The notes: generated by a model from the sequence alone, not told the origin. Positions 21,964-32,097 are shown, counted from the stretch's first letter. The stretch is 64,000 bases of DNA from Candidatus Poribacteria bacterium (GCA_965215265.1 OZ244048.1:1-64000); one strand, 5' to 3'. A program made the numbers and translations.

Positions 21964-22622
21964 GGATCGAGATGAACCCCCGCTTTCGATAAAATTTGGG
22001 TAAATTCCCGTTTCCAACTGGGTGATAAGGCACGGAGGACACGCGCACGCCTAATTTGAGTGTAGTTGCTCGTATCAAAATAGCGTAGATTTAGGATTTC
22101 TGTGACACTCATCTGTTCTGATGGACTCTCAATTCGCGCAATTGGATCGCCGGTGGTAAGTTTTCCTTCCGCCAGCACGCGAAAATAGAAACCGACACGC
22201 TTACTCCGTAAAAAATGTTTTGGGAACTCCGGCAGCCCCATTTTGTATGCCAATTTAAAACAAGGCACGCGCGGTTGCGTGACTTGCAGCCTCGCGGTTT
22301 TGCCTACCTGAAAGACATCGCCGATGTAGACTTCATCTTCCAATATGCCTTCAACCGTAAGGTTTTCACCGAACTGTCCAGGTGTCAAGTCATCTCGGTG
22401 TAATTTTTGTTTCCAGTAAGCGTAGTGTTCAATAGGATAGGCGTAAACGGCTTTATAGGTCCCACCGTGTACACGCAAGTCGCCTTGACCATCACCGTCA
22501 ATGTTCTTCTCTCTCAGCATGACGGTGCCTGCTACCGGTGCTTTGAAAATCCCAGTCCGGATAGTTCTACCACCGTATTGGATGGGTTTCGGTTTTGAGA
22601 CGTTAACGGATAAGAGTTTCAT
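21960..22622 (-). CDS. MOSC domain protein (YiiM-like, with 3-alpha domain)
   Basis: [41 protein letters not shown]. Confidence 0.93.
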   Translation of the reverse strand: MKLLSVNVSKPKPIQYGGRTIRTGIFKAPVAGTVMLREKNIDGDGQGDLRVHGGTYKAVYAYPIEHYAYWKQKLHRDDLTPGQFGENLTVEGILEDEVYIGDVFQVGKTARLQVTQPRVPCFKLAYKMGLPEFPKHFLRSKRVGFYFRVLAEGKLTTGDPIARIESPSEQMSVTEILNLRYFDTSNYTQIRRARVLRALSPSWKREFTQILSKAGVHLDP

Positions 22623-22632
22623 GATGGACTAC

Positions 22633-22661
22633 AGTATACCTTTTTTTTAAAAAAGAATCAA
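22633..22661 (-). promoter_or_regulatory. Promoter immediately upstream of the MOSC gene (near-leaderless mRNA)
   Basis: Minus strand TTGATT, 17 bp spacer, TATACT; -10 box ends about 10 nt before the ATG. Confidence 0.55.
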
Positions 22662-22703
22662 GCATGTCTCCAACCGCCCCGGTCGATTAACGTATCCCAA
22701 CAT

Positions 22704-23183
22704 TCATGTCAGCCCAAAAACTGCTGCGTGCCGGCAGGCAGCCTCCGTGGTCCATGCCTTTGACTTGCCAACTCTGTCGCAGAAACGGGTAGGTGGGCAG
22801 CACCCCAATACACACTCGGATTCGGGAGTTAGAATCAATTTGTCATAATGGCTGACCTTCTTGACCCAATCCCATTTCTCAAAGGGCGCTGTTTCTTTAA
22901 AGTCTCGCAAATTCCGGAATGGAAAGTTCAGCTATGTATTGAACCGTTTTGGGGAAACCCTGCAAAGATTTATGCAGGGTATCAACCTCATAATCCTTGA
23001 TGACCAGGGAATCTCATCCGATCTGAAGAAACTAAGATGCCTCGAAAATGGCTCATTGATTGTATCAACTTCAAGGTGATGTCTGCTTATATCAAGTAAG
23101 TAGGAAGTTCCGGAACGATGTTGTCCTAACAAAACGAAATTCGTATCACTAGTCCTCTCTGTCGACATCCTGCAGCCTCTCAC
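22704..23183 (-). pseudogene. Sulfotransferase remnant (frameshifted)
   Basis: FVLLGQHRSGTSYL PAPS-binding loop and INEPF; the continuation (DFKETAPFEK) is in another frame. Confidence 0.6.
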
Positions 23184-23758
23184 AAACGAGAAAAATAAAG
23201 ATTTTCTTGAATAAAAGGCACCAATGCAAACGTTACGCCTTGAACATGATTTTTCAACCTATCAACTTTACCTTTTGTCAAAAATCCAATAGCCCCATAT
23301 TTTTCCTTCGTAGAGTTATCTTTAGCGAGATCATCAATGACATGTCCCAATTCTTTTCCAGCAAAAAGTTTCTCGGATATCCCATCGGGCAATTCATAAA
23401 GTCCTGTTGTCCCAAAACTGTATCGATTGTGTTCATCTAAAATATAAATCACACTAAAACTAAACCACCTATTATGCAATCGAAGAATACCGCCTTCGAT
23501 TCCAACAAAAAATGTTGCACCAAGGTTCTGTTCATGATTTATTCGCTTAACGTTTTCAGCACGGTTTTGGGCTCCTTTAAATGTATCTTCATTAACAGGC
23601 TGACTGGAAACCTCTGAATCAACGAGCATCCCTTCAACCTCTATATCCTTGAAAAATTTAGAAAAACTTTTCCTGACGCTCTCAATTTTTATCGGATTTT
23701 CGGAGCCCACCAAGACTCTCATAGGGATATCCTGTGTGTGTCGATTGTTTTCGGCCAT
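23180..23758 (-). CDS. yjjX: Inosine/xanthosine triphosphatase
   Basis: VGSENPIK, SEVSSQP, GAQNRA, VGIEGG, KELG, GAIGFLT; GAGGAGG RBS; locally AT-rich. Confidence 0.9.
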   Translation of the reverse strand: MAENNRHTQDIPMRVLVGSENPIKIESVRKSFSKFFKDIEVEGMLVDSEVSSQPVNEDTFKGAQNRAENVKRINHEQNLGATFFVGIEGGILRLHNRWFSFSVIYILDEHNRYSFGTTGLYELPDGISEKLFAGKELGHVIDDLAKDNSTKEKYGAIGFLTKGKVDRLKNHVQGVTFALVPFIQENLYFSRL

Positions 23759-23894
23759 GCGGCACCTCCTCAAGGTTTCACTACAAGTGGTGTGTATTGT
23801 GATACAATTCAACGAGTGCTGCTATATCGTAATTCTGATAGGGTTTTCCGCGTAGGTGGGTGTGGTTTCGACTGGAGGGCCCCTCTAAAAAAGA

Positions 23895-24048
23895 GGGAAT
23901 TCCGATGGAATTAAAAGGCGTGCTGGCAAAGCACACCTGCGTTTTTTTCACCGTTTCGATTCCAAATTGGTGCGATTAAAAAAAGCGTATCGTTCAGCCC
24001 TGATGGCCCGTAAAGGTTGTTTTGATTCCAAACTGGTACGATTAAAAG
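23895..24048 (-). CRISPR. Orphan mini-CRISPR array, type I-B-like repeat: two 30 bp repeats, one 36 bp spacer, possible degenerate third repeat
   Basis: Plus strand GTTTCGATTCCAAATTGGTGCGATTAAAAA (23953-23982) and GTTTTGATTCCAAACTGGTACGATTAAAAG (24019-24048), 26/30 identical; spacer 23983-24018; degenerate copy ending ATTAAAAG at 23917, 35 bp away. Confidence 0.75.
23910..23938 (-). terminator. Hairpin plus U-tract closing the mini-CRISPR transcript
   Basis: Minus strand AGGTGTGCT-ttgcc-AGCACGCCT-TTTAATT (9 bp stem, one G-U pair). Confidence 0.55.
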
Positions 24049-24068
24049 ACACTCTAAAATTGATATAT

Positions 24069-24098
24069 AGTATACCACAAACTTATGCTGCTTGTCAA
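24069..24098 (-). promoter_or_regulatory. sigma70 promoter reading into the mini-CRISPR
   Basis: Minus strand TTGACA, 18 bp spacer with TG extension, TATACT; 20 nt upstream of the first repeat. Confidence 0.75.
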
Positions 24099-24296
24099 GT
24101 TAATTTTTATTGTTCTCTATTGTTTTAATTGCGTTTCTTCTTGTCCATGGTTTGCATCACATTCCACAGTATGCGAGTTTCGTTGTAGATCTTAACCCAT
24201 TGTGCTGACAGTAGCGTAGCCGTTGCCTCGAAATCGAGTGCTATGGATCTCTTTGTAAGTTGTGATGGTTGCAGTTTTTTGCGTTGCAGCTTTAGA

Positions 24297-25178
24297 CTAT
24301 TTTTTCTCAAGTTGTGCTGCCAAAATTGCAATAAGTTTTGCCAGAGTTGGGAATTGGTGGCGTGCTTCTGGGGCGAGGTCAGCAATGGACGTTTTGCCAA
24401 CAAGGCGGTACATATCTGCTGCGCCTGCCAAAATTTTTGGGGTTAATCCAACGGATTCAAACGTTGCCGAGATCTCTTCCATTTCACCTATCCAGCGTTT
24501 TGCCTTAGGCGGCATGCTCGGTAACCCTTTTTCCATACGCTCAAAAAGGGCAGGTTGACTTACCTGAAACTCTGCCTTGAGTGCCTCTGAAACGCCTAAA
24601 ACCTCTGCCGCGGTGAGTAATTCGGTGCAGAGTGCGGTTAACCCTTTTGTCAAGGAAGCATAACACATCTTAATCGCTGAAGCGAGTCCTATTTCATTGC
24701 CGATTGGACGGGCATCGAGCCCATGCTGGCTGAGTGCCAAAAAAAGTTCCGGCTGCGGTCCTGAAACATAGAAGCGCGTCGTGCCGCGGGTACGAGGAGG
24801 CGGGCCGATGATAGACGCATCCACAAAAGTCCCACCGGCTCCTACGATAACCTGTCCAAGTTCCCGAACCGTATGTGGCGCGATTGCATTGCAGTCGGCA
24901 TACGTCAACGTTGTGTCCGTCTGTTTCAGTGCGTTTGCTACTGCCTTAGCGGCAGACATCGCTTGTGCAGGTACTAGGATGGAGAGGATTAGCTCAGCTT
25001 CAGTGACAAGTTTTGGGTACGTTGAAACGTTCTCGATTCCGACTTTCTCAGCGAGTGCACGAGTTCGCTCACTTCTGCCGTCAAGACAGGTGATGACACG
25101 TAAACCGTTGTGACGCAGAACATTGCCCACGGTATGTCCCATATCGCCGGGACTCAAAATTCCAATAGTGTAAGACAT
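24297..25178 (-). CDS. NAD(P)-dependent oxidoreductase, 6PGD/3-hydroxyisobutyrate dehydrogenase-like (DUF1932)
   Basis: IGILSPGDMG, FVDASIIGPPP, ASAIKMCYASLTKG, RWIGEMEEI. Confidence 0.88.
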   Translation of the reverse strand: MSYTIGILSPGDMGHTVGNVLRHNGLRVITCLDGRSERTRALAEKVGIENVSTYPKLVTEAELILSILVPAQAMSAAKAVANALKQTDTTLTYADCNAIAPHTVRELGQVIVGAGGTFVDASIIGPPPRTRGTTRFYVSGPQPELFLALSQHGLDARPIGNEIGLASAIKMCYASLTKGLTALCTELLTAAEVLGVSEALKAEFQVSQPALFERMEKGLPSMPPKAKRWIGEMEEISATFESVGLTPKILAGAADMYRLVGKTSIADLAPEARHQFPTLAKLIAILAAQLEKK

Positions 25179-25313
25179 CGCTAAAATTTCCTTTTTAGTC
25201 TACAGAAGCGATAAGACTGCTAAATCAAAGTAGAATATAGGCGCGGTAGGTCGCCGGTGTAAACAACGTTTGTGTTCTATATCGTTACAGCCTTTTTTCG
25301 CCCTTTCCGTCCT

Positions 25314-26243
25314 TTAAAACTGGATACCTACATCGTTGAGAGCCTTGAATACTAAAACAACACCGAGGAGGATCACGACAGCAGCACTGATAATAGGCAA
25401 TCGTTTGAGCCAGATGCCTTCGCCGGTAAAACGTTCAATAATCGGTTTTGCCAATACCATTAGTATACCGATGGCTATTAATACAGCAGCGAGCCCTAAT
25501 GAAAACGCACAGAGGATGATGATACCCCAGACAAGTTGATTGAGACTGATGGCGAAGAGAAGCCCGACTAGCGCGTCTACACACGGTACAATACCACCTG
25601 AGATGCCGAGGGAGAGCAATCCCCAAAAACTTGTTCGCTTTGAAGAATCAGCAGGCACGTGTGTATGCGTGTGTGTAGTGCCACCATGAGAATGTGTGTG
25701 AGTGTGCGAGTGACCCTGTTCATGTGAAGCATTGTGCGAATGTTCATGGTGATGGCCGGGGGCGTGTGTATGGGAATGTCCGTGACCGTGGGAATGTCCG
25801 GTATAGTACTGTTTCATATTTCTTGTCAGAAGCCATGCCCCGATACCAGCAATCAATAGACCAGAAAAGAGGCTGAGCCACGGAACGATATCATCAGGAA
25901 CAAGGTAATTATCAGCTAACAGCATGATAACACCGAGCGTAATAACGCTGAAGGTGTGGGTGAAGGTTACCACGATTCCCAGAAAGATTGCGTCGATAAC
26001 TCTCCCTTTAGAACCGACTAAGTAAGCGGCGACAACTGCTTTCCCGTGTCCGGGCGTTAAGGCATGCAGACCACCGAGCACAAATGAGACAACTAACGCA
26101 ACAACTGCTAATTGAAGTGTCAAAGGTTGGGAAATCAATTTCTTGATGCGTTCACCGGAGTGATCTCCGTCTGCAAAAACTTTTAAGCATATAATAGCAC
26201 TTATAAAAATGAGAATGATAAAACAGATATAACGTTTCTTCAA
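25314..26243 (-). CDS. rcnA: RcnA-like Ni/Co efflux transporter with His-rich loop
   Basis: HALTPGHGKA, HTFSV, poly-His loop, GIVPC; TTG start after AGGAGG. Confidence 0.85.
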   Translation of the reverse strand: MKKRYICFIILIFISAIICLKVFADGDHSGERIKKLISQPLTLQLAVVALVVSFVLGGLHALTPGHGKAVVAAYLVGSKGRVIDAIFLGIVVTFTHTFSVITLGVIMLLADNYLVPDDIVPWLSLFSGLLIAGIGAWLLTRNMKQYYTGHSHGHGHSHTHAPGHHHEHSHNASHEQGHSHTHTHSHGGTTHTHTHVPADSSKRTSFWGLLSLGISGGIVPCVDALVGLLFAISLNQLVWGIIILCAFSLGLAAVLIAIGILMVLAKPIIERFTGEGIWLKRLPIISAAVVILLGVVLVFKALNDVGIQF

Positions 26244-26353
26244 AAGAAAGCTCCTCCTAAGTTTGATGAAAAAGACGAGTGGATTGCAGTCCTCTTGGAA
26301 AGCGTGCGTTGTGGATGTATCTGCCCACATTCCAAAATTTCCGAAATTTCGCC

Positions 26354-27202
26354 CTAAACTCTTACGAATTTCTGGAATCGTCTTTCGGCGACGACTTCGC
26401 TGACGTAGATATCCCCTTGTGAATCGATCCAGATGCCGTGTGGAGAATCACTGAATTGCCCCGGTGCGCTGCCTTTTTCACCCCATCGACCGATAACTTC
26501 TCCGTCCAATGTCATGATACTGATGCGTTGCCCGCCCTCAGCGATATGGATGATATTATCAGTATCAATGAAGAGATCGTTTGGGGAGCGGAGGTCTGTC
26601 CATTCGGTTAGGTATTCTCCATCGGAATTGAAAATCTGACAGCGAAGATTTCCACGGTCGAGGATGTAGACTCGCTCATTGTTGTCCACTGTGACATCAT
26701 GCGGTAGGTTAAATTCGCCGGGTCCTGTGCCCGGTGCTCCCCACGAAACGATGACATCACCGTCAGTGTTCATTCGATGCACCCGCGATTGCCCGTATCC
26801 ATCAGACACGTACATTTCCGCAGCGGGAGAGAGGACAGCGCGCGTCGGTTCGTTAAACGGTTTCCCCGGGGTCCCCGGCTGATTAACAGTCCCGAACGTC
26901 TGTAACAATTCCCCGTCAAGCGAAAATTTCCGTACAGTGTGGTCGATGGTGTCCGTTGTATAGATTTCATCATCTGAACTCATCCAAATGCCGTGTGGTT
27001 TCCGGAAAGTTTCCATGCCCCACTCTGCAATAAAGGTCCCATCTGGCTCAAAAACAAGCATCGCGGGACGTGGACTGCGGTTATAGACATAGACGCGGTC
27101 GTTTGAGTCACAAGCGACACCTGAAACAAGCCCAAGTTGTGGAATCATTCCCCAACCTTCCACAACTTCATATCGATAATCGCCGGTTCCAAAAGTTGCC
27201 AT
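26354..27202 (-). CDS. NHL-repeat protein, peptidyl-alpha-hydroxyglycine amidating lyase (PAL)-like
   Basis: PHGI, FNEPT, YVSDGYG.SRVH, FNLPH, DRGN.R.Q. Confidence 0.85.
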   Translation of the reverse strand: MATFGTGDYRYEVVEGWGMIPQLGLVSGVACDSNDRVYVYNRSPRPAMLVFEPDGTFIAEWGMETFRKPHGIWMSSDDEIYTTDTIDHTVRKFSLDGELLQTFGTVNQPGTPGKPFNEPTRAVLSPAAEMYVSDGYGQSRVHRMNTDGDVIVSWGAPGTGPGEFNLPHDVTVDNNERVYILDRGNLRCQIFNSDGEYLTEWTDLRSPNDLFIDTDNIIHIAEGGQRISIMTLDGEVIGRWGEKGSAPGQFSDSPHGIWIDSQGDIYVSEVVAERRFQKFVRV

Positions 27203-27383
27203 AGTAATGCCTCCTATTCGTTATGAATTCGCCTTTTAACAATACGGATTAGAATCTCCCCGGTGCTCTCTGCCTTCGAAACATTATTGTATACCAATGT
27301 AGATTGAATATCAAGTGTCGTGGGTAACTTAAGAGTTAATTTAAATCTGATAGCATCGGTGGTAGATGCTCTTTGTATTAGAT

Positions 27384-29183
27384 TTAAAAAAAACCGTTGA
27401 TGAACAAAACAGCCCGGATCGTATCAGCTTCTTGAAAGCCGGTTGCATAGAGTACGTTTGTTTCATCAAGATAGGTATAGTTATTTGCTCCAAAAAAGTG
27501 TGTAATTTCAAAATTCAAGCGGAACGTTCGGCTTAAGTCGTAGTAAACGCCTCCGCCCCAATCGGACAGGTTTGCAGTAAAATCAAAGAATCGGAAGTTC
27601 CGTGGGTCGAGTGCGTCGGTTTCGAAATTCAACCGGATCGTGCTAAAATAGGCAAACGCGCGGGCTTCTCTATAGTTATAGATATTATGGTTGCGAACCC
27701 AAATAAAGTCAAGTTGAATTCGGTTATCCCAAGTCGTTTGGCTGGATTTATCATCCTGATTGAAAGTGCCTCGGAAGTCCTCAAAATCTTGTGAGCGATA
27801 GTAGTTTGTGTCACTCATACGGATGTAGGCGAGACGGTTAGATATAGCAAGCCGGAGAGCCTCGTTGACATCATAGGTAACAGTGAATTTTGCATCAGCA
27901 GTATCTTGCAAAATCTGCTGATCGAAATCGGCTTTTGTATATAAATCGGCATCCAGGTCGTCCTGATTGTCAATTTCAACGTCCTGCAAGTCACGGGTAT
28001 AACGGAGTTTCAACTCTGTTTGGAACAGTGATGACATCAAGGTTGTCTGCCGGGCATATTTCCTGAATTTGCGTTCGGCAAGATTGAGATAATAGAGATT
28101 TCCATCCTTGTCAATTCCCTTTAAGTGGAGTGCAGCATCTACTTCTCTTTCTCGCTGAAACGGAATGAGCAGCTTTTGGCTGTATTTTCCATCTGTTGTA
28201 AACCTTTGTATGCGTCGTAGACGGTAGCGAAATGTGCGGACACCTATATTGAGGAATCGCCTCGGATCATCAAGTCTCTGCGGAAGCGAGGAGATAAAAT
28301 CCTTTTCATATTTTGCGGTGTCGGCGACGAGAAGCGTGCCATCTGTTAACGCGGCTATGCGGAAAGGTGCGATAAATTGTCCGTTAGCGTCGCCATATTC
28401 TCCAAAGGTAAGCAAAAACGTGCCGTCCGAACTATATTTCAAGACGCGGTGCCCCTTTTCATCGACAATATAGAGATTGCCTGTTTTGTCTACAGTTAGA
28501 TCCGCGGGGTGAATTACCTGACCTTGGCCTGGATGAGATACAGAATATCGTGCAACAAGTTTTCCCTCATGATTTAGTTTGTAAATGAGCCCACTGTCGC
28601 AAACATAGAGGTTGTTATCCGAGTCCACCGTCAACAAAAAGTGGCGCTTTGTGTCACCGTCTGGAATAATAATAGCGTAATTTCCTTCAGCATCGAGCCC
28701 GGGGACGACTGTCTCGTAATCCTGCTTTTGCTGTCTGTTTCTTAAATTAGGTACCTGAAGGGGGTAACTAGCCACAAACTGCCCTTGTGCATCAAATTTG
28801 TGAACACAAGGAGTATAGCTAAAGATCTTTGGGTTATTTGTCTCTGAAATTTGCATCATCATCCAATCCATTAGATAGATGGTGCTATCCGACCCGACGG
28901 CGATAGCCGTTGGGTTGGTGAACTGGAACGCTGCTTCGTCTTCTATATGAATGTCAAAAATAAAGGTGCCTGATTTACTAAACTTCTGGATTCTGTAGTT
29001 GTCAGTATCCGTAATGTAGATGGCACCCTCAGGTCCGAATGCCATGAACACAGTTTTTGCAAATTGTGCATTTCCTTCACCTTTTCCACCAAATTCACCA
29101 ACGAATTTAAATTCGTTGGCTGCGTGTACATGCAGCGGAATGAGCAGTAAAAGAAAAAGCATGACTTTTTTTATGGAATGCAT
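27384..29183 (-). CDS. Secreted NHL-repeat protein with putative C-terminal beta-barrel
   Basis: Signal peptide (VHA-A); NHL repeats (IYITDTDNYRIQKF); C-terminal amphipathic strands ending in F. Confidence 0.7.
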   Translation of the reverse strand: MHSIKKVMLFLLLLIPLHVHAANEFKFVGEFGGKGEGNAQFAKTVFMAFGPEGAIYITDTDNYRIQKFSKSGTFIFDIHIEDEAAFQFTNPTAIAVGSDSTIYLMDWMMMQISETNNPKIFSYTPCVHKFDAQGQFVASYPLQVPNLRNRQQKQDYETVVPGLDAEGNYAIIIPDGDTKRHFLLTVDSDNNLYVCDSGLIYKLNHEGKLVARYSVSHPGQGQVIHPADLTVDKTGNLYIVDEKGHRVLKYSSDGTFLLTFGEYGDANGQFIAPFRIAALTDGTLLVADTAKYEKDFISSLPQRLDDPRRFLNIGVRTFRYRLRRIQRFTTDGKYSQKLLIPFQREREVDAALHLKGIDKDGNLYYLNLAERKFRKYARQTTLMSSLFQTELKLRYTRDLQDVEIDNQDDLDADLYTKADFDQQILQDTADAKFTVTYDVNEALRLAISNRLAYIRMSDTNYYRSQDFEDFRGTFNQDDKSSQTTWDNRIQLDFIWVRNHNIYNYREARAFAYFSTIRLNFETDALDPRNFRFFDFTANLSDWGGGVYYDLSRTFRLNFEITHFFGANNYTYLDETNVLYATGFQEADTIRAVLFINGFF

Positions 29184-29251
29184 TTTCAGAATTCTGAATC
29201 ACCCTTTTTTGAAAGCGAGTCTTTCGATCTACGTTGAATGTCTGTGTGACA

Positions 29252-29665
29252 TTAGACCTGTTTTAAATGCTTTTTTCGGATGCTATCCAACACACCGTTA
29301 ATAAATTTAGGTGAGTCCAAAGTGCTATAAATTTTGGCAATCTCAACTGCTTCGTTGATTGAGGTGGCCGGATCTATGTCGTCAATATAGAGGATTTCAC
29401 AAGTGGCACACCGCAAAATAGATAGGTCTACGATAGGCATTCTATGGAGTTTCCAATTTTTGGAAGTGACTTGGAGTTCTAAGTCAATTCTGTCCATATA
29501 TGCTGTGGTATTTTCAACAAGCGTCTTAGCAAATGGACGAAGTTTCTCTGGCGTGTTGTGATTTTGCCAAAATCCGTCTATGACGTGTTGCACCGGGGCA
29601 TTCGTTATATGTATCTGATAAAGCATCTGTATCGCGATGATGCGTGAGTGTCTCCGGGGAAGCAT
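29252..29665 (-). CDS. nusB: Transcription antitermination factor NusB
   Basis: RRHSR..AIQMLYQ, W..HRM..VD..ILR, INEAVEIAK, FINGVLD. Confidence 0.96.
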   Translation of the reverse strand: MLPRRHSRIIAIQMLYQIHITNAPVQHVIDGFWQNHNTPEKLRPFAKTLVENTTAYMDRIDLELQVTSKNWKLHRMPIVDLSILRCATCEILYIDDIDPATSINEAVEIAKIYSTLDSPKFINGVLDSIRKKHLKQV

Positions 29666-29721
29666 TAAGTATCCTTATTTTTTTTGTTATTCTTTTCATG
29701 TTGTAGTTTGACGTATTTTAT

Positions 29722-29750
29722 ATTATACATAATTTTCGACGGGCTGTCAA
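29722..29750 (-). promoter_or_regulatory. sigma70 promoter of nusB
   Basis: Minus strand TTGACA, 17 bp spacer, TATAAT. Confidence 0.8.
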
Positions 29751-29888
29751 GTTTTTTGTGATTGTTCAAGGTATCATCTCGTTTTCGCAGAACTAAATTC
29801 TTCAAATACTTGACAAAAAATTGAATATCGTTAAAAATAGAGGGAAATTTTAAATTAGACGTATTCGTAAGATCAGAAAGGAAAGACA

Positions 29889-30515
29889 ATGACACAGACA
29901 TCTCCAGAATCCGCAGTGGTTCTTTTTAACGGCAAAGACTTGAACAATTGGACCGCCCGAGACGGTGGCGAACCGGGCTGGGCAGTAGAAGACGGAGTCA
30001 TGGCAGTTGTCCCGCGCACCGGGGATATTATGAGCAAAGAACGGTTTACTGACCATTTCCTCCATCTTGAATTTATGACACCGGATATGCCGGAAGCAAC
30101 CGGTCAGGCTAAGGGGAACAGCGGTGTGTTTCTCCAAGGTCGGTATGAAGTTCAAGTCTTGGATTCGTATGGCATTGAAGTTCCTGGCATGGGCGATTGC
30201 GGTGCTATTTATAACCAGTTTGCGCCTCTTGTCAATGCCTGCAAACCACCATTGGAATGGCAAACCTACGATGTCATTTTCCGAGCCCCCCGTCTCAACG
30301 ACGCAGGCGACGTAGTTGAAGGGACACGCATTACGGTGCTGCAAAACGGCCTTGTCATCCTGAACAATGTCATCTTATCTGGAACAACCGGTGCTAACAT
30401 TGGAGGTGGGGTTGGAGAACCAGGACCTCTGTTGCTCCAGGACCATGGGAATCTTGTTAAGTTCCGGAACATCTGGGCAGTTCCACTGCCCCTTGAAGGT
30501 TCGGACAAGTATTGA
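29889..30515 (+). CDS. DUF1080 (3-keto-disaccharide hydrolase family) protein
   Basis: LFNGKDL..W, GNSGVFL, YEVQVLDS, LQDHG..V.FRNIW. Confidence 0.92.
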   Translation: MTQTSPESAVVLFNGKDLNNWTARDGGEPGWAVEDGVMAVVPRTGDIMSKERFTDHFLHLEFMTPDMPEATGQAKGNSGVFLQGRYEVQVLDSYGIEVPGMGDCGAIYNQFAPLVNACKPPLEWQTYDVIFRAPRLNDAGDVVEGTRITVLQNGLVILNNVILSGTTGANIGGGVGEPGPLLLQDHGNLVKFRNIWAVPLPLEGSDKY

Positions 30516-30620
30516 TACTGTTTTTTCGTCGTTCTCGAATTGTGAGTTTGCACGATAAGTACTCAACTTGTCGGGGCGGATTTTCATATCCGCTCCCCTT
30601 TTTTAACGTGGAGAAATTTT

Positions 30621-31571
30621 ATGACAAATCAGTCTTTACCGACAATTCCTCGAAGGCGGTTAGGAAGAACCGAATTGAGTATCCCGGTCATTCCGTTCGG
30701 TACCCAGGGATTCGGCAACAATTTCGGGTTTGTTTCAGATAAGGATGCCGTGACATTGGTTAAACATGCTGTGTCTATCGGTGTCAACCATTTTGATTGT
30801 GCCCGCTGCTATGGCGATTCGATGCGGAAACTGGGACTCGCTATGGAGGAGATTCCGCGCGAAGATGTTATTATTACAGCAAGACTCTGTTGTCATTCCG
30901 CATCAGCTTGGGGCGGTTATGGCCAAGGCAGACCTGATTATTCTGCTGAGCGCGCAATTGCAGACCTGGAAGACCAGCTTCAACTTCTTGGAATTGATTA
31001 TCTGGATGGAATGCTCATTCACGACCCGGGAGAAATTGACCCGACGCTTGAAAAAGGCGGAACGTTGGACGGACTGCTCCAGTGCAGAGCGAGAGGATTG
31101 GTGCGTTTCGTCGGATACGGAATGCGCCCACATGATTTTCACCTTAAGGCGATGGCCACCGGTGATGTAGATCTTATCTTGTGCTTTAACGATTACAACC
31201 TTATTCGTCAGACAGCCGCTGATGATATTCTACCTGCCGCTGCGGAAGCCGATATCGGTGTCATGAACGGCTGGTCTATCCTGCGAGGCATCCTGACAGG
31301 CGTTGATATTGATGCTGAAATCGCGAAAGGACGTTGGAGAAATGATGGCGATGTACCACAAGCCAGAGAAATTTGGAAGTGGTGCTTAGAAGAAGGCGTT
31401 GATTTGCTGCAACTTGCACTGCGGTTCTGCCTGCGAGAAGAACGCATCCACGGCAATAATATCGGCAATCTTAACATTGAGCAGCTTGAAGCTAACGTTC
31501 GTGCTGCGAGTACCCCGATACCCGATGAGGTGTGGGAAAAATATGAAGCACGGTTCGGTTCTTTGTCGTAG
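30621..31571 (+). CDS. Aldo/keto reductase
   Basis: RRLGRTEL, GVNHFDCARCYG, LGIDYLD..LIHDP. Confidence 0.9.
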   Translation: MTNQSLPTIPRRRLGRTELSIPVIPFGTQGFGNNFGFVSDKDAVTLVKHAVSIGVNHFDCARCYGDSMRKLGLAMEEIPREDVIITARLCCHSASAWGGYGQGRPDYSAERAIADLEDQLQLLGIDYLDGMLIHDPGEIDPTLEKGGTLDGLLQCRARGLVRFVGYGMRPHDFHLKAMATGDVDLILCFNDYNLIRQTAADDILPAAAEADIGVMNGWSILRGILTGVDIDAEIAKGRWRNDGDVPQAREIWKWCLEEGVDLLQLALRFCLREERIHGNNIGNLNIEQLEANVRAASTPIPDEVWEKYEARFGSLS

Positions 31572-31599
31572 AAAGCGATGCGGTGTGTTTAGTGTGAAC

Positions 31600-32097
31600 G
31601 TTCCTGTGCCCAATCTTAAGAGAGATATATGCCGGAGTATCGGTTCTGCGCGCTAAGAGCGAAATAAATTTATGATTGGCGTGTGGAAACGGGTATTGAG
31701 CAATCTCCTTGGCAACTATTGGACCGTTCAACGTTTCGAAAATACGGCGGATGTAGGTTGCTCTGGGTGTCTCGCCTTCCGCAATCCGACCGTACGGGAA
31801 CTCCCAGAGGCCACAGAGGAATCTGTCCAGGGGCCGCTCGGTTATCAAAATTTCTGAGGCAATCAGAGATACCTCGGAGCCCGGCTCCGCCACGAAGCAC
31901 TTAGATGGTATCGTTTCTGGACGGGCGTTCTGAATAACGCTAACGGCGATATGAGATGCTGGAATCGGTTCTGCTTTCTGCCGCGCCGGCACTTCATCTT
32001 GCCAAGCGGTTTGGAAGGCTTTACAGAAAGCAGGCACTGGGTACACAATACAAGATGGAGATTGTGGAGAGCACTTGTTTGAAAATTTCGAGGCCAC
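31600..32097 (-). pseudogene. mutY: C-terminal remnant of adenine glycosylase MutY
   Basis: CSPQSPSCIVYPV..FC (decayed FeS motif) and NUDIX-like RP....GLWEFP.G...EGET; HhH catalytic N-terminus absent; boundaries approximate. Confidence 0.65.

Noticed and set aside
24125-24403. 92 aa ORF upstream of the mini-CRISPR as a toxin or Cas fragment
   Set aside because: It overlaps the preceding gene by over 100 bp and has no clear RBS or motif; a small protein cannot be fully excluded.
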